From Anaerolineae bacterium (GTDB taxonomy: Bacteria; Chloroflexota; Anaerolineae; UBA1429): a stretch of DNA of 64,000 bases. The DNA is taken from positions 1,218,931 to 1,282,930 of the forward strand of contig JBMNFN010000001.1 of NCBI GenBank assembly GCA_050949345.1. The letters run 5' to 3'. Positions 38,876-46,763 of the stretch are shown here, in pieces. Positions within the stretch are counted from its first letter, which is position 1. Every line of letters begins with the position of its first letter. A program made the position numbers and the translations under genes. The notes under the pieces are model-generated. The model did no database searches. It was not told the DNA's origin and worked only from the letters and a program-made list of their open reading frames with translations.

Positions 38876-39012
38876 GGTCCGCACAATCATCCAAATCGAC
38901 CATCATGGTCCACCGGTTGGCACCGCCTGACAGAGCCCGCTGCCTTACGCGTTGCTATACCCACAGGCGGGCGTCCCCAGACCAGTGCCGCTTTCAGGCA
39001 TGGGAGGTTGCC

Positions 39013-39516
39013 TTGCGCTTTAACGCCGCAGCATTAACCATCAGCGACCAGGGTTTTCGTGGAGAGAGAGAGGACCTCAGTGGCCCCCTGCTGGCGCAGT
39101 TGCTGACAGAGCTGGGTGCGCAAGTCGTGGCTCGGCGCATCCTGCCCGACGAACCCGAGATGATCACCAACACGTTGAGCACGCTGGCTGACGGCGGCGA
39201 AATTGACCTGATCATCACCACCGGTGGCACCGGTGCCGCACCGCGCGATCACACTCCGGAGGCCACGGCAGCCGCTATCGAGCGTCCCATGCCGGGCCTG
39301 GCGGAACTCTTGCGTTGGAAGGGCTATGAGAGCACGCCGCGAGCGGTGCTGTCGCGCGGCATCGCCGGCCTGCGTGGCAGGTGCCTGATCATCAACCTCG
39401 CGGGCAGCCGCGGCGCAGTGCGCGATGGTATGGAGATCCTGGCGCCGGTGCTGGCACACGCCTTGCAGATGGCACAGGGATCGGACCTCGAACACAGGGA
39501 GCCCTCCAGTGACTGA
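39013..39516 (+). CDS. mogA: Molybdopterin adenylyltransferase MogA/MoaB
   Basis: 167 aa from the TTG at 39013, which has GGGAGG 5 nt upstream. MoCF_biosynth domain with GGTG motif (LIITTGGTGAAPRD). The track start at 38905 gives an implausible 36-aa extension. Confidence 0.8.
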   Translation: MRFNAAALTISDQGFRGEREDLSGPLLAQLLTELGAQVVARRILPDEPEMITNTLSTLADGGEIDLIITTGGTGAAPRDHTPEATAAAIERPMPGLAELLRWKGYESTPRAVLSRGIAGLRGRCLIINLAGSRGAVRDGMEILAPVLAHALQMAQGSDLEHREPSSD

Positions 39517-40732
39517 TCGCCGCCAGTACCCCGTCTTGAGCGTTGAGGAGGCGCGAGAGCGCATCCTGGCCTTTGTGGCACCGACGGAGAAGCAGTCACT
39601 GCCTATCCTCCAGGCGCTGGGGACGACGCTGTATGTGGACCAGGTAGCCGAAACCAGCATCCCGCCCCACAACAACTCGGCCATGGATGGCTATGCCATA
39701 CGCCATGTTGATCTGGCCGCAGATGGCGAGACGATGCTGCGCGTGGTCGGCCAGGTGCCTGCGGGGAGTGTGTGGCCCGGCACCCTGGGTGCCGGTGAAG
39801 CGGTACGGATCATGACCGGCGCCCCGATGCCTGCCGGCGCCGACACCGTGGTTCGTTTTGAGGACGCTCGCGCAGAGGGCAGCAGCGTGCACTTGACTCG
39901 GCGCCCCCGCCAGGGCGCTGACGTGCGCCTCGCCGGTGAGGACGTGGCGCCGGGCCAGATTGTCCTGCGTGCCGGCACCCGCCTGGGGCCTGCAGAGATC
40001 GGCATGTTGGCGTCGCTGGGCAGACCGACGGTGGAGGTTCACAGACGACCGCGGGTGGCCATCCTGGCTACCGGCGATGAAGTGGCCGCTATCGACGAGC
40101 CGCTCCAGCCGGGCAAGATACGTAACATCAACAGCTACACCAATGCCGCTCAGGCCGCCCGTGCTGGGGCTGAACCACTGGTGTTGGAGGCGGCCCCCGA
40201 CCGCCGTGAGGCCCTTCAGGCGCGGCTGCGCCAGGCACTGGACCTGCGGGCAGACCTGATCATCACCTCCGGGGGCGTGTCCGTCGGCGACTTTGACCTG
40301 GTCAAGCAGGTCCTCTCGTCAGAGGGGAGCCTGGAGTTCTGGTGGGTGAACATGAAACCGGGGCGTCCGCTCGCCTTTGGCACCCTGGGCGGCATTCCCC
40401 TGCTGGCGCTGGCGGGCAACCCTGTGGCAGCCATGTTGGGCATGTTGCTCTTTGGCGTGCCCGCCATTGAGCATGCAGCAGGGCTGACCCGCCAGCCCAC
40501 CGTCAAACTGCGAGCGCGGCTGGCCGAACCCATTACCCACAAGGACGGGCGCCGGCACTATCTGCGCGTGAGGCTGGCCCCTGGCGCGGACGAACCGCTG
40601 GCCCGCCTTACCGGAGACCAAGGCTCGGGCATCCTCACCTCCATGGTTGAGGCCGACGCCCTGGCCATCATTCCCGAGTCGGTGGACCACCTGGAGGCTG
40701 GCAGCCTCGTCGAGGTGATACCGCTGCGATAG
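39509..40732 (+). CDS. moeA: Molybdopterin molybdenumtransferase MoeA (copy 1)
   Basis: 407 aa from the GTG at 39509, which has AGGGAG 8 nt upstream. It overlaps mogA by 8 nt. MoeA N, MoCF (SGGVSVGDFD) and C-terminal domains. Confidence 0.85.
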   Translation: MTDRRQYPVLSVEEARERILAFVAPTEKQSLPILQALGTTLYVDQVAETSIPPHNNSAMDGYAIRHVDLAADGETMLRVVGQVPAGSVWPGTLGAGEAVRIMTGAPMPAGADTVVRFEDARAEGSSVHLTRRPRQGADVRLAGEDVAPGQIVLRAGTRLGPAEIGMLASLGRPTVEVHRRPRVAILATGDEVAAIDEPLQPGKIRNINSYTNAAQAARAGAEPLVLEAAPDRREALQARLRQALDLRADLIITSGGVSVGDFDLVKQVLSSEGSLEFWWVNMKPGRPLAFGTLGGIPLLALAGNPVAAMLGMLLFGVPAIEHAAGLTRQPTVKLRARLAEPITHKDGRRHYLRVRLAPGADEPLARLTGDQGSGILTSMVEADALAIIPESVDHLEAGSLVEVIPLR

Positions 40733-40742
40733 GATCGATGCC

Positions 40743-41987
40743 ATGACCATTTTTCGAACGCAAAGCAAGTATCCGATGATCAGCCTGGAGGAGGCCCAGC
40801 GCCTGCTGGAGGAGTACATCACGCCGCTGCCCGCCAGGCGTCTGGCGTTGGCAGAGGTGCCTGTGGGTGCCGTGCTCGCCGAGCCCATCACCTCTCCCGA
40901 TGCGGTGCCAGGGTTCGATGCTGCCACCATGGATGGCTATGCCGTGCTGGCGGAGGATGGCGCCAGCCGCCGAAGACTGGCCGGCGCTCAGCGTGCAGGC
41001 AGCGCCGGCGCAGCGGCGCTGGAGAGCGGCCAGTGTGTGCGTATCATGACTGGGGCGCCATTGCCCCAGGGCGCCGACGCAGTGATCCCGGTAGAGTACA
41101 CCCAGGAAGCCGATGGATGGGTCATTACGGAATTGACTCCGCAGCCGGGGCTCAACGTGCGTCCAGCAGGGTCGGATATCGCCCAGGGTCAGTTGGCTCT
41201 CCCCGCCGGGACGCGCTTGGGGGCGGCCGAAATCGGCGTCCTGGCCACGCTGGGCATCGCGCGTCCGCGCATCTATCCTCAGCCCCGCGTCACCCTGCTG
41301 GTAACGGGAGACGAGCTGGCTGCCTTGGACGGTCCGCTGGCACCGGGGCAGATACGGGACAGCAACTCATACGTGTTGACGGCAGCCATACGCAACATCG
41401 GTGCGCCCTGCGAGCGGCTGTCGGTGGTGGAGGATACCCATGAGGCGCTGCGCGCTGCCATCCTGACCGCGGCGCTGCGCTCGGACTTGATCATCTCTAC
41501 CGGTGGCGTCTCCATGGGAACCCACGATCTGGTCAAGCCTGTGCTGGAGGAGCTGGGTGTGGTGCACTTTGGCCGTGTCGCGATCAAGCCCGGCCTGCCC
41601 CTTACTCTGGCGACGGTATTGAGGGTTCCCTTTATCGGCCTGCCAGGCAATCCCGTTTCCACCCTGGTGGGTTTTGAGAACTTTATCAGGCCCGCCATGC
41701 GCAGGATGGCACACATCTCGGCCCGTTGGCGGCCACAGCGCACCGTCAAGCTCGCACACGCGGTGCGGGGCGACAAGCGCAGGCTCGAGTTCCAGCGCGC
41801 CATCATCAGTCAAGAGAATGGTGAGTGGTGGGCACGGACCACCGGATCACAGGCCTCGTCGCGACTGCTGTCATTGGTGGGGGCCAACGCATTGCTGCGC
41901 CTCCCCGCCAGTGATCAAGAGTATCCCGCTGGTTCGGAGGTCATTGCCATACTGACGGACGCTCCCGAGCAGGACACCATCGCATGA
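40743..41987 (+). CDS. moeA: Molybdopterin molybdenumtransferase MoeA (copy 2)
   Basis: 414 aa paralog (STGGVSMGTHD). ATGA overlap with moaA. Confidence 0.85.
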   Translation: MTIFRTQSKYPMISLEEAQRLLEEYITPLPARRLALAEVPVGAVLAEPITSPDAVPGFDAATMDGYAVLAEDGASRRRLAGAQRAGSAGAAALESGQCVRIMTGAPLPQGADAVIPVEYTQEADGWVITELTPQPGLNVRPAGSDIAQGQLALPAGTRLGAAEIGVLATLGIARPRIYPQPRVTLLVTGDELAALDGPLAPGQIRDSNSYVLTAAIRNIGAPCERLSVVEDTHEALRAAILTAALRSDLIISTGGVSMGTHDLVKPVLEELGVVHFGRVAIKPGLPLTLATVLRVPFIGLPGNPVSTLVGFENFIRPAMRRMAHISARWRPQRTVKLAHAVRGDKRRLEFQRAIISQENGEWWARTTGSQASSRLLSLVGANALLRLPASDQEYPAGSEVIAILTDAPEQDTIA

Positions 41988-42973
41988 GTACGCCCACTCT
42001 GGATGGATGCGGGCGAGAGATCAGCTATCTGCGCGTCTCGGTGACCGACCGCTGCAACCTGCGCTGTGTGTACTGCATGCCGGCTGAAGGTGTGCCCGAC
42101 TTGGGCCACAACCGAATGCTGCGCCTGGAAGAGATCGCACGACTGGTGCGGATCGGCGCTGGTTTGGGTATCCGCAATGTGCGCATCACCGGGGGCGAGC
42201 CGCTGGTTCGGCTGGGCATCGTAGACCTGGTGGCCATGATCAGAGCGATCGAGGACATCGAATCCATCTCGATGACCACCAATGGGATCGCGTTGCCGCA
42301 GTTCGCCGAGCAGCTCGCAGGCGCGGGGCTGAACCGTGTCAACATCAGCCTCGATACACTGGACGCCGACCGCTACCGGACCATTACCCGCAGGGGCCGA
42401 CTGGAAGATGCCCTGGCAGGGATACGTGCCGCGTACGCTTTCGGTCTCACTCCGGTCAAGATCAACATGGTGGTCATGGCGGGCGTTAACGATGACGAGG
42501 TGGTTTCCTTTGCCGGGCGCACTGTGAGCGAGGGCTGGCACGTTCGCTTTATCGAGTTCATGCCTCTGGGTGAGCAGGCGAGGCTGGCCCGCGCCAGTTA
42601 TGTCTCTTCCACGGTCACCCGCCAGCGCATCGAGGAGGCGTGGGGACCGCTGGTGCCTGCGGATATTGAGGGATTTGGTCCAGCCCGCACCTGGCGCGTG
42701 CCCGGCAGTGACGGGTCCATCGGGCTGATCAGCGCGCTCAGCCAACACTTTTGCAGCAGTTGTAACAGGATCCGGCTCACAGCCGATGGCACGCTGGTGC
42801 CCTGCCTGTTCAGCGACCTGGCCTATGACCTCTGGGAGCCGATGCGGGCGGGCGCCGATGACGACTCGCTGCGGGACATCTGGCTGGAGGCGCTGGCGCA
42901 CAAGCCCGCAGGTCACCATCTTGAACGGGCCTTGACCACCACCAGCCACCAGATGTCGCGAATTGGAGGCTAG
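41984..42973 (+). CDS. moaA: GTP 3',8-cyclase MoaA (radical SAM)
   Basis: [10 protein letters not shown] radical-SAM cluster, and the C-terminal second cluster [20 protein letters not shown]. Confidence 0.9.
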   Translation: MSTPTLDGCGREISYLRVSVTDRCNLRCVYCMPAEGVPDLGHNRMLRLEEIARLVRIGAGLGIRNVRITGGEPLVRLGIVDLVAMIRAIEDIESISMTTNGIALPQFAEQLAGAGLNRVNISLDTLDADRYRTITRRGRLEDALAGIRAAYAFGLTPVKINMVVMAGVNDDEVVSFAGRTVSEGWHVRFIEFMPLGEQARLARASYVSSTVTRQRIEEAWGPLVPADIEGFGPARTWRVPGSDGSIGLISALSQHFCSSCNRIRLTADGTLVPCLFSDLAYDLWEPMRAGADDDSLRDIWLEALAHKPAGHHLERALTTTSHQMSRIGG

Positions 42974-43453
42974 ATGGGTAGCCAGTTGACCCACTTGGAT
43001 AGTGAGGGACATGCCCATATGGTGGATGTGGGCGCCAAACCAGAGACCAACCGAAAAGCAGTAGCACGGGGCGAGGTGCTGATGGCCCCCGAGACGCTGG
43101 CACTCATCCTGGAGGGCAGCATGCCCAAGGGGGATGTGCTGGCGGTGGCGCGTGTGGCTGGGATCATGGCGGCCAAACGCACGTCAGAGCTGATTCCCCT
43201 GTGTCATCCCCTGCTGCTCACTCACGTGAGCGTGGCGCTGAAGCCGAACGTGGAGCGCTGCACTGTCGAGATCGAGGCCGAGGTGCACTGCTCCGGATCC
43301 ACCGGTGTCGAGATGGAAGCGCTCACGGCGGTGAGTGTGGCAGCGCTGACGGTTTACGACATGTGCAAGGCAGTGGATCGCGCCATGCACATCAACAACG
43401 TCCGCCTGGTGCACAAGAGCGGCGGTCGCAGCGGCGAGATAAATTTGGAGTAG
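42974..43453 (+). CDS. moaC: Cyclic pyranopterin monophosphate synthase MoaC
   Basis: 159 aa. MoaC motifs ([46 protein letters not shown]). Confidence 0.9.
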   Translation: MGSQLTHLDSEGHAHMVDVGAKPETNRKAVARGEVLMAPETLALILEGSMPKGDVLAVARVAGIMAAKRTSELIPLCHPLLLTHVSVALKPNVERCTVEIEAEVHCSGSTGVEMEALTAVSVAALTVYDMCKAVDRAMHINNVRLVHKSGGRSGEINLE

Positions 43454-43456
43454 ACC

Positions 43457-43930
43457 ATGGAACAGACAGGCACGGTCATTGCAGTTTCCATCAGCGACCG
43501 GACGGGTGTGCCCAAAGACCCCATACCCGAGGGCACCCTCAAGGTCGATTGGGGCATTGTGGGCGACGCGCACGCCGGTGACTGGCATCGCCAGGTCTCA
43601 CTTTTGGCCATGGAGAGCATCGAGAAGATGCAGGCCAAGGGCTTGGACGTGCATCCGGGCAGTTTTGCCGAGAACATCACCACCCGTGGACTGGTGCTTT
43701 ACGAGTTACCCATCGGCACCCGATTGCGTCTGGGTACCGCCCTGGCGGAGGTCACCCAGATCGGCAAGATCTGCCACAGCCGATGCGCCATTTACCGTCT
43801 GGCCGGCGACTGCGTTATGCCTCGGGAGGGCATCTTTGTGCGTATCCTCGAGCCGGGCACCGTCAGTGCCGGCAGCCCCATCGTGGTGCTGGGGCAGGGT
43901 TCGGAGCCGGAGGAAACACCTGCAGAGTAG
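43457..43930 (+). CDS. MOSC-domain protein (Moco sulfurase C-terminal-like)
   Basis: 157 aa. MOSC beta-barrel signature (GVPKDP..., HRQVSLLAMESI, conserved Cys in GKICHSRC). Confidence 0.7.
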   Translation: MEQTGTVIAVSISDRTGVPKDPIPEGTLKVDWGIVGDAHAGDWHRQVSLLAMESIEKMQAKGLDVHPGSFAENITTRGLVLYELPIGTRLRLGTALAEVTQIGKICHSRCAIYRLAGDCVMPREGIFVRILEPGTVSAGSPIVVLGQGSEPEETPAE

Positions 43931-43977
43931 GGCTTTGCTCACACAGCCGGCGCGCTGACTGCAGAAAGGTATGAAAA

Positions 43978-44005
43978 GGGGCTCTGGCCATATGGCCAGA
44001 GCCCC
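43978..44005. terminator. Perfect palindromic hairpin, a bidirectional terminator
   Basis: GGGGCTCTGGCCA-TA-TGGCCAGAGCCCC, a 13-bp stem, lying between the convergent MOSC and tupA genes. Confidence 0.55.
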
Positions 44006-44027
44006 CTTCATTGTCAGTCTCTAACGA

Positions 44028-45017
44028 TCACTGCGGGGTGAACAGCGGTGCACCGAATTCCTCGACGCCAAAGCTCGCGATGAGCTCCTTGGTCTCGGGA
44101 GAGGTGATCCAGTCGATAAACTGTTGCGCATACTCGGCCTTGATGTGGTCACCCTTATCAGGATTGACGTCCATCACGCCGTAGGGGTTGAACAGTACCG
44201 GATCGCCCTCGACGGCCACCTTCAGGGTGTAACCGGTGAGCAGGCGCGACAGATAGGTCGCCCGGTCAGAAAGGGTGTAGCCCTGCTGTTCCTCGGTCAT
44301 GGTGAGCACATCGCTCATCCCCTGCCCTGCAGAGATGTACCAATCGCCAGCCGGCTCGATGCCGGCAGCCTTCCAGATGGCCTTTTCCTTGCCATGCGTG
44401 CCCGAGTCATCACCACGAGAGACAAAGGTGCTCTCGGTCTCGGCGATGCGGGTAAAGGCGGCAGCGGCGTCATTGGTGCCTGCGATGCCAGCGGGGTCGC
44501 TCTCGGGGCCCACGATCACAAAGTCGTTGTACATCACGTCTTCGCGACGGGTGCCGTTGCCTTCGGCCATGTAAGCGTCTTCACGCTTGCGGTCGTGCAC
44601 CAGCAGGACGTCGGCGTTTCCGTCAACACCCAGCTGAATGGCCTGACCGGTTCCCACGGCCACTACTTCCACCGTGATCCCCGTCTTTTCCGTAAAGTCC
44701 GGCAGGATATAGTCCAGCAGACCGGAATCGTCGGTGCTGGTGGTGGTGGCCAGGATCATGGTCTTGTCGCCTTCGGCTGCCGGCTCTGCAGTGGGCTCGG
44801 CCGTGGGCTCTGGCTCTTCGGTAGGCTCAGCGGTGGGCTCGGGCATCGCTGTAGGCGTTGGCGGCACCGTCTCTGGCTCCGCCGCGACTGTATTCGTAGC
44901 CTCGGGAGCAGAAACCGCTTCGGTCGGCGTTTCCCCTGCGGGGCTTGCCTGCGGCGTGCAACCTGCGACCAGGGTCACAAGCAGCAACATCATCACTACG
45001 AAACGCAACTTTTTCAC
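44028..45017 (-). CDS. tupA: Tungstate/molybdate-type ABC transporter substrate-binding lipoprotein (TupA-like)
   Basis: Lipobox LVAGC, a Pro/Thr/Glu/Ala-rich linker, then a PBP2-type fold (TTTSTDDSGLLDYILP...). Its position is next to the ABC ATPase and permease genes. Confidence 0.65.
   Translation of the reverse strand: MKKLRFVVMMLLLVTLVAGCTPQASPAGETPTEAVSAPEATNTVAAEPETVPPTPTAMPEPTAEPTEEPEPTAEPTAEPAAEGDKTMILATTTSTDDSGLLDYILPDFTEKTGITVEVVAVGTGQAIQLGVDGNADVLLVHDRKREDAYMAEGNGTRREDVMYNDFVIVGPESDPAGIAGTNDAAAAFTRIAETESTFVSRGDDSGTHGKEKAIWKAAGIEPAGDWYISAGQGMSDVLTMTEEQQGYTLSDRATYLSRLLTGYTLKVAVEGDPVLFNPYGVMDVNPDKGDHIKAEYAQQFIDWITSPETKELIASFGVEEFGAPLFTPQ
44771..44885 (-). repeat. Low-complexity tandem repeats encoding a PTAEP/EPTEEP linker within tupA
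   Basis: Reiterated ggctc(g/t)gc(c/t)gtgggctc units that encode PTPTAMPEPTAEPTEEPEPTAEPTAEPAAE. Confidence 0.5.
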
Positions 45018-45037
45018 CGAACTCTCCTTTCCCTCGA

Positions 45038-45769
45038 TCAGTAGATCATCTCTCCACGGGCAAAGGCACCCGTGCGGGGATCGGTGGGATGCTCAAAAAA
45101 GTCTTCCACCGTATCCACCTCAACAAGCTCCCCATTGAGCAGCAGCCCCACGCGATGAGCGAGCCGGCGCGCCTGAAACACGTTATGCGTGACCAGGATG
45201 ATGGTTGTCCCCAGCTCGGCGTTGATTTCGTGAATGATCTTTTCGATGGCGCTCACGTTGTAGGGATCCAGATTGGCGGTGGGCTCGTCCAACAACAGCA
45301 CATCGGTGCCCAGTGCCATGGCGCGCGCCAGGGCAACCCGTTGTGCCTCACCGCCTGAGAGCGTGTTGGCCTTTTGGCGCAGCAAGCGCTCCAAACCAAC
45401 CCTTCGCAGCGCTGACAGCACCTTTTCCTGATAGTTGCGCTGCCCCCGCAGCTGCAGTCCAAAGGCCACGTTGGCACGCACACTGCGCTTGAGCAACAGG
45501 GATCGCTGAAAAACCGTGGTCACGCGACGACGTTCATCCAGAGGAACCGACTGGTTAGGCGCGTAAACGCGCCCGTTAAAGGTGATGGTGCCGGTATCAC
45601 TGGACTCGACAAAATTGAGGATCCTGAGCATGGTGCTCTTGCCTGCCCCACTGGGGCCCACCAGGGCGAGGATCTCGCCGCGCATCACATCCAGCGCGCG
45701 GATGTCGAGTACCGTGTGCCTGCCATAGCGCTTGGATACGTTCTCAAGCTGGTAGATTGCCTGGGTCAC
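45038..45769 (-). CDS. tupC: ABC transporter ATP-binding protein (TupC-like)
   Basis: Walker A GPSGAGKST, signature LSGGEAQRVALARA, Walker B LLLDEP. Confidence 0.85.
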   Translation of the reverse strand: MTQAIYQLENVSKRYGRHTVLDIRALDVMRGEILALVGPSGAGKSTMLRILNFVESSDTGTITFNGRVYAPNQSVPLDERRRVTTVFQRSLLLKRSVRANVAFGLQLRGQRNYQEKVLSALRRVGLERLLRQKANTLSGGEAQRVALARAMALGTDVLLLDEPTANLDPYNVSAIEKIIHEINAELGTTIILVTHNVFQARRLAHRVGLLLNGELVEVDTVEDFFEHPTDPRTGAFARGEMIY

Positions 45770-46476
45770 TCGTCAAAACTCCGTCCCTGCAGGAACATCA
45801 TGGCCAGGTTCACCATAAAGGACAGTGTCAGCAGGATGAGCCCCAGAGAGGACGCCAGCGCAAAGTTACCCTTGCGCGTTTCCAGCACAATGGCGGTGGT
45901 GAGTACCCGTGTCTTGTGATCGATGTTACCGCCCACCAGCATCACGGCACCAACTTCGGAGATGATGCTGCCAAAGCCCGCGATGATGGACACGATCACA
46001 CCGGTACGCGCTTCGGCCAGGATGGTGCGAGCCGTCTGCCCAGCGGTAGCCCCCAGAGCCACGATCTGCTGGCGCAGCTGCTGGTCCACACCCATCACGG
46101 CAGCCATGGTAAAGCCCGCCACCAGCGGAAAAGAGATGATGGTTTGGGCAAGCACCATGGAGGCAGGAGTAAACAGGCGCGGGATCAAATCGCTGTCCAC
46201 GGCGCCCAGAGGCCCGCTGCGCGACAGCAGCATGTAAACCACCAATCCGATAACCACGGGCGGAAAGCCCATGCCGGTGTACAGCAGCGAGATCAGCAGA
46301 CGCCTGCCGATAAAGCGCTTTAACCCGAGAAAAGCTCCCAGAGGGATACCCAGCAGGGAACTAAAGAGCAGCGCAACGCCGGATACCTTGAACGTCAGCG
46401 CGACGATCTCCATCAAATCGGGATCGGCGGTGACGATCAGGCGCAAGGTATCTGACAGAATCGATCCCAAGCCCAA
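45766..46476 (-). CDS. tupB: ABC transporter permease (TupB-like)
   Basis: BPD_transp_1 EAA-like loop and six TM helices. It overlaps tupC by 4 nt. The start is placed at the TTG at 46476, which has AGGAGG 10 nt upstream. The track start at 46527 is also a TTG, and there is no in-frame ATG. Confidence 0.65.
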   Translation of the reverse strand: MGLGSILSDTLRLIVTADPDLMEIVALTFKVSGVALLFSSLLGIPLGAFLGLKRFIGRRLLISLLYTGMGFPPVVIGLVVYMLLSRSGPLGAVDSDLIPRLFTPASMVLAQTIISFPLVAGFTMAAVMGVDQQLRQQIVALGATAGQTARTILAEARTGVIVSIIAGFGSIISEVGAVMLVGGNIDHKTRVLTTAIVLETRKGNFALASSLGLILLTLSFMVNLAMMFLQGRSFDE

Positions 46477-46696
46477 GAGCCCAATTCCTCCTGCGGGTAA
46501 ACGCGAAACGCCGGCGCACTTGCCCAACGGGAAAGAACGCCGGCGCTATACAACGACCCGGTGTCTCCTTTCCAAAGATGGGGGGCACGACCGTTTCCAG
46601 CCGTACCGTTGTAATCGACAACGCTGGCGATTACGCGATCACGAGCCATAGCCAAGGGGCTGCAGGACAGGTGATTCGGAGAACGACGCTTGTTCA

Positions 46697-46732
46697 GTTA
46701 TTGACTGTTGCGCAGTATAGCGCAACAACGCC
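46697..46732 (-). promoter_or_regulatory. Promoter (TTGTCA, 17 nt spacer, TATACT) with a 7-bp inverted-repeat operator flanking the -10. It is followed by a ~220-nt leader.
   Basis: On the minus strand, TTGTCA is the reverse complement of 46727-46732 and TATACT the reverse complement of 46704-46709. The palindrome GTTGCGC-N6-GCGCAAC occupies 46697-46716. Confidence 0.45.
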
Positions 46733-46763
46733 TGGCTGACAAACGACACAGCGGGCTGGCCGG

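Noticed and set aside
46697-46716. Reading the GTTGCGC-N6-GCGCAAC palindrome as a ModE box.
   Set aside because: Known ModE sites are AT-rich with TATAT half-sites, and this GC-rich palindrome does not resemble them. It is reported only as an unknown operator.
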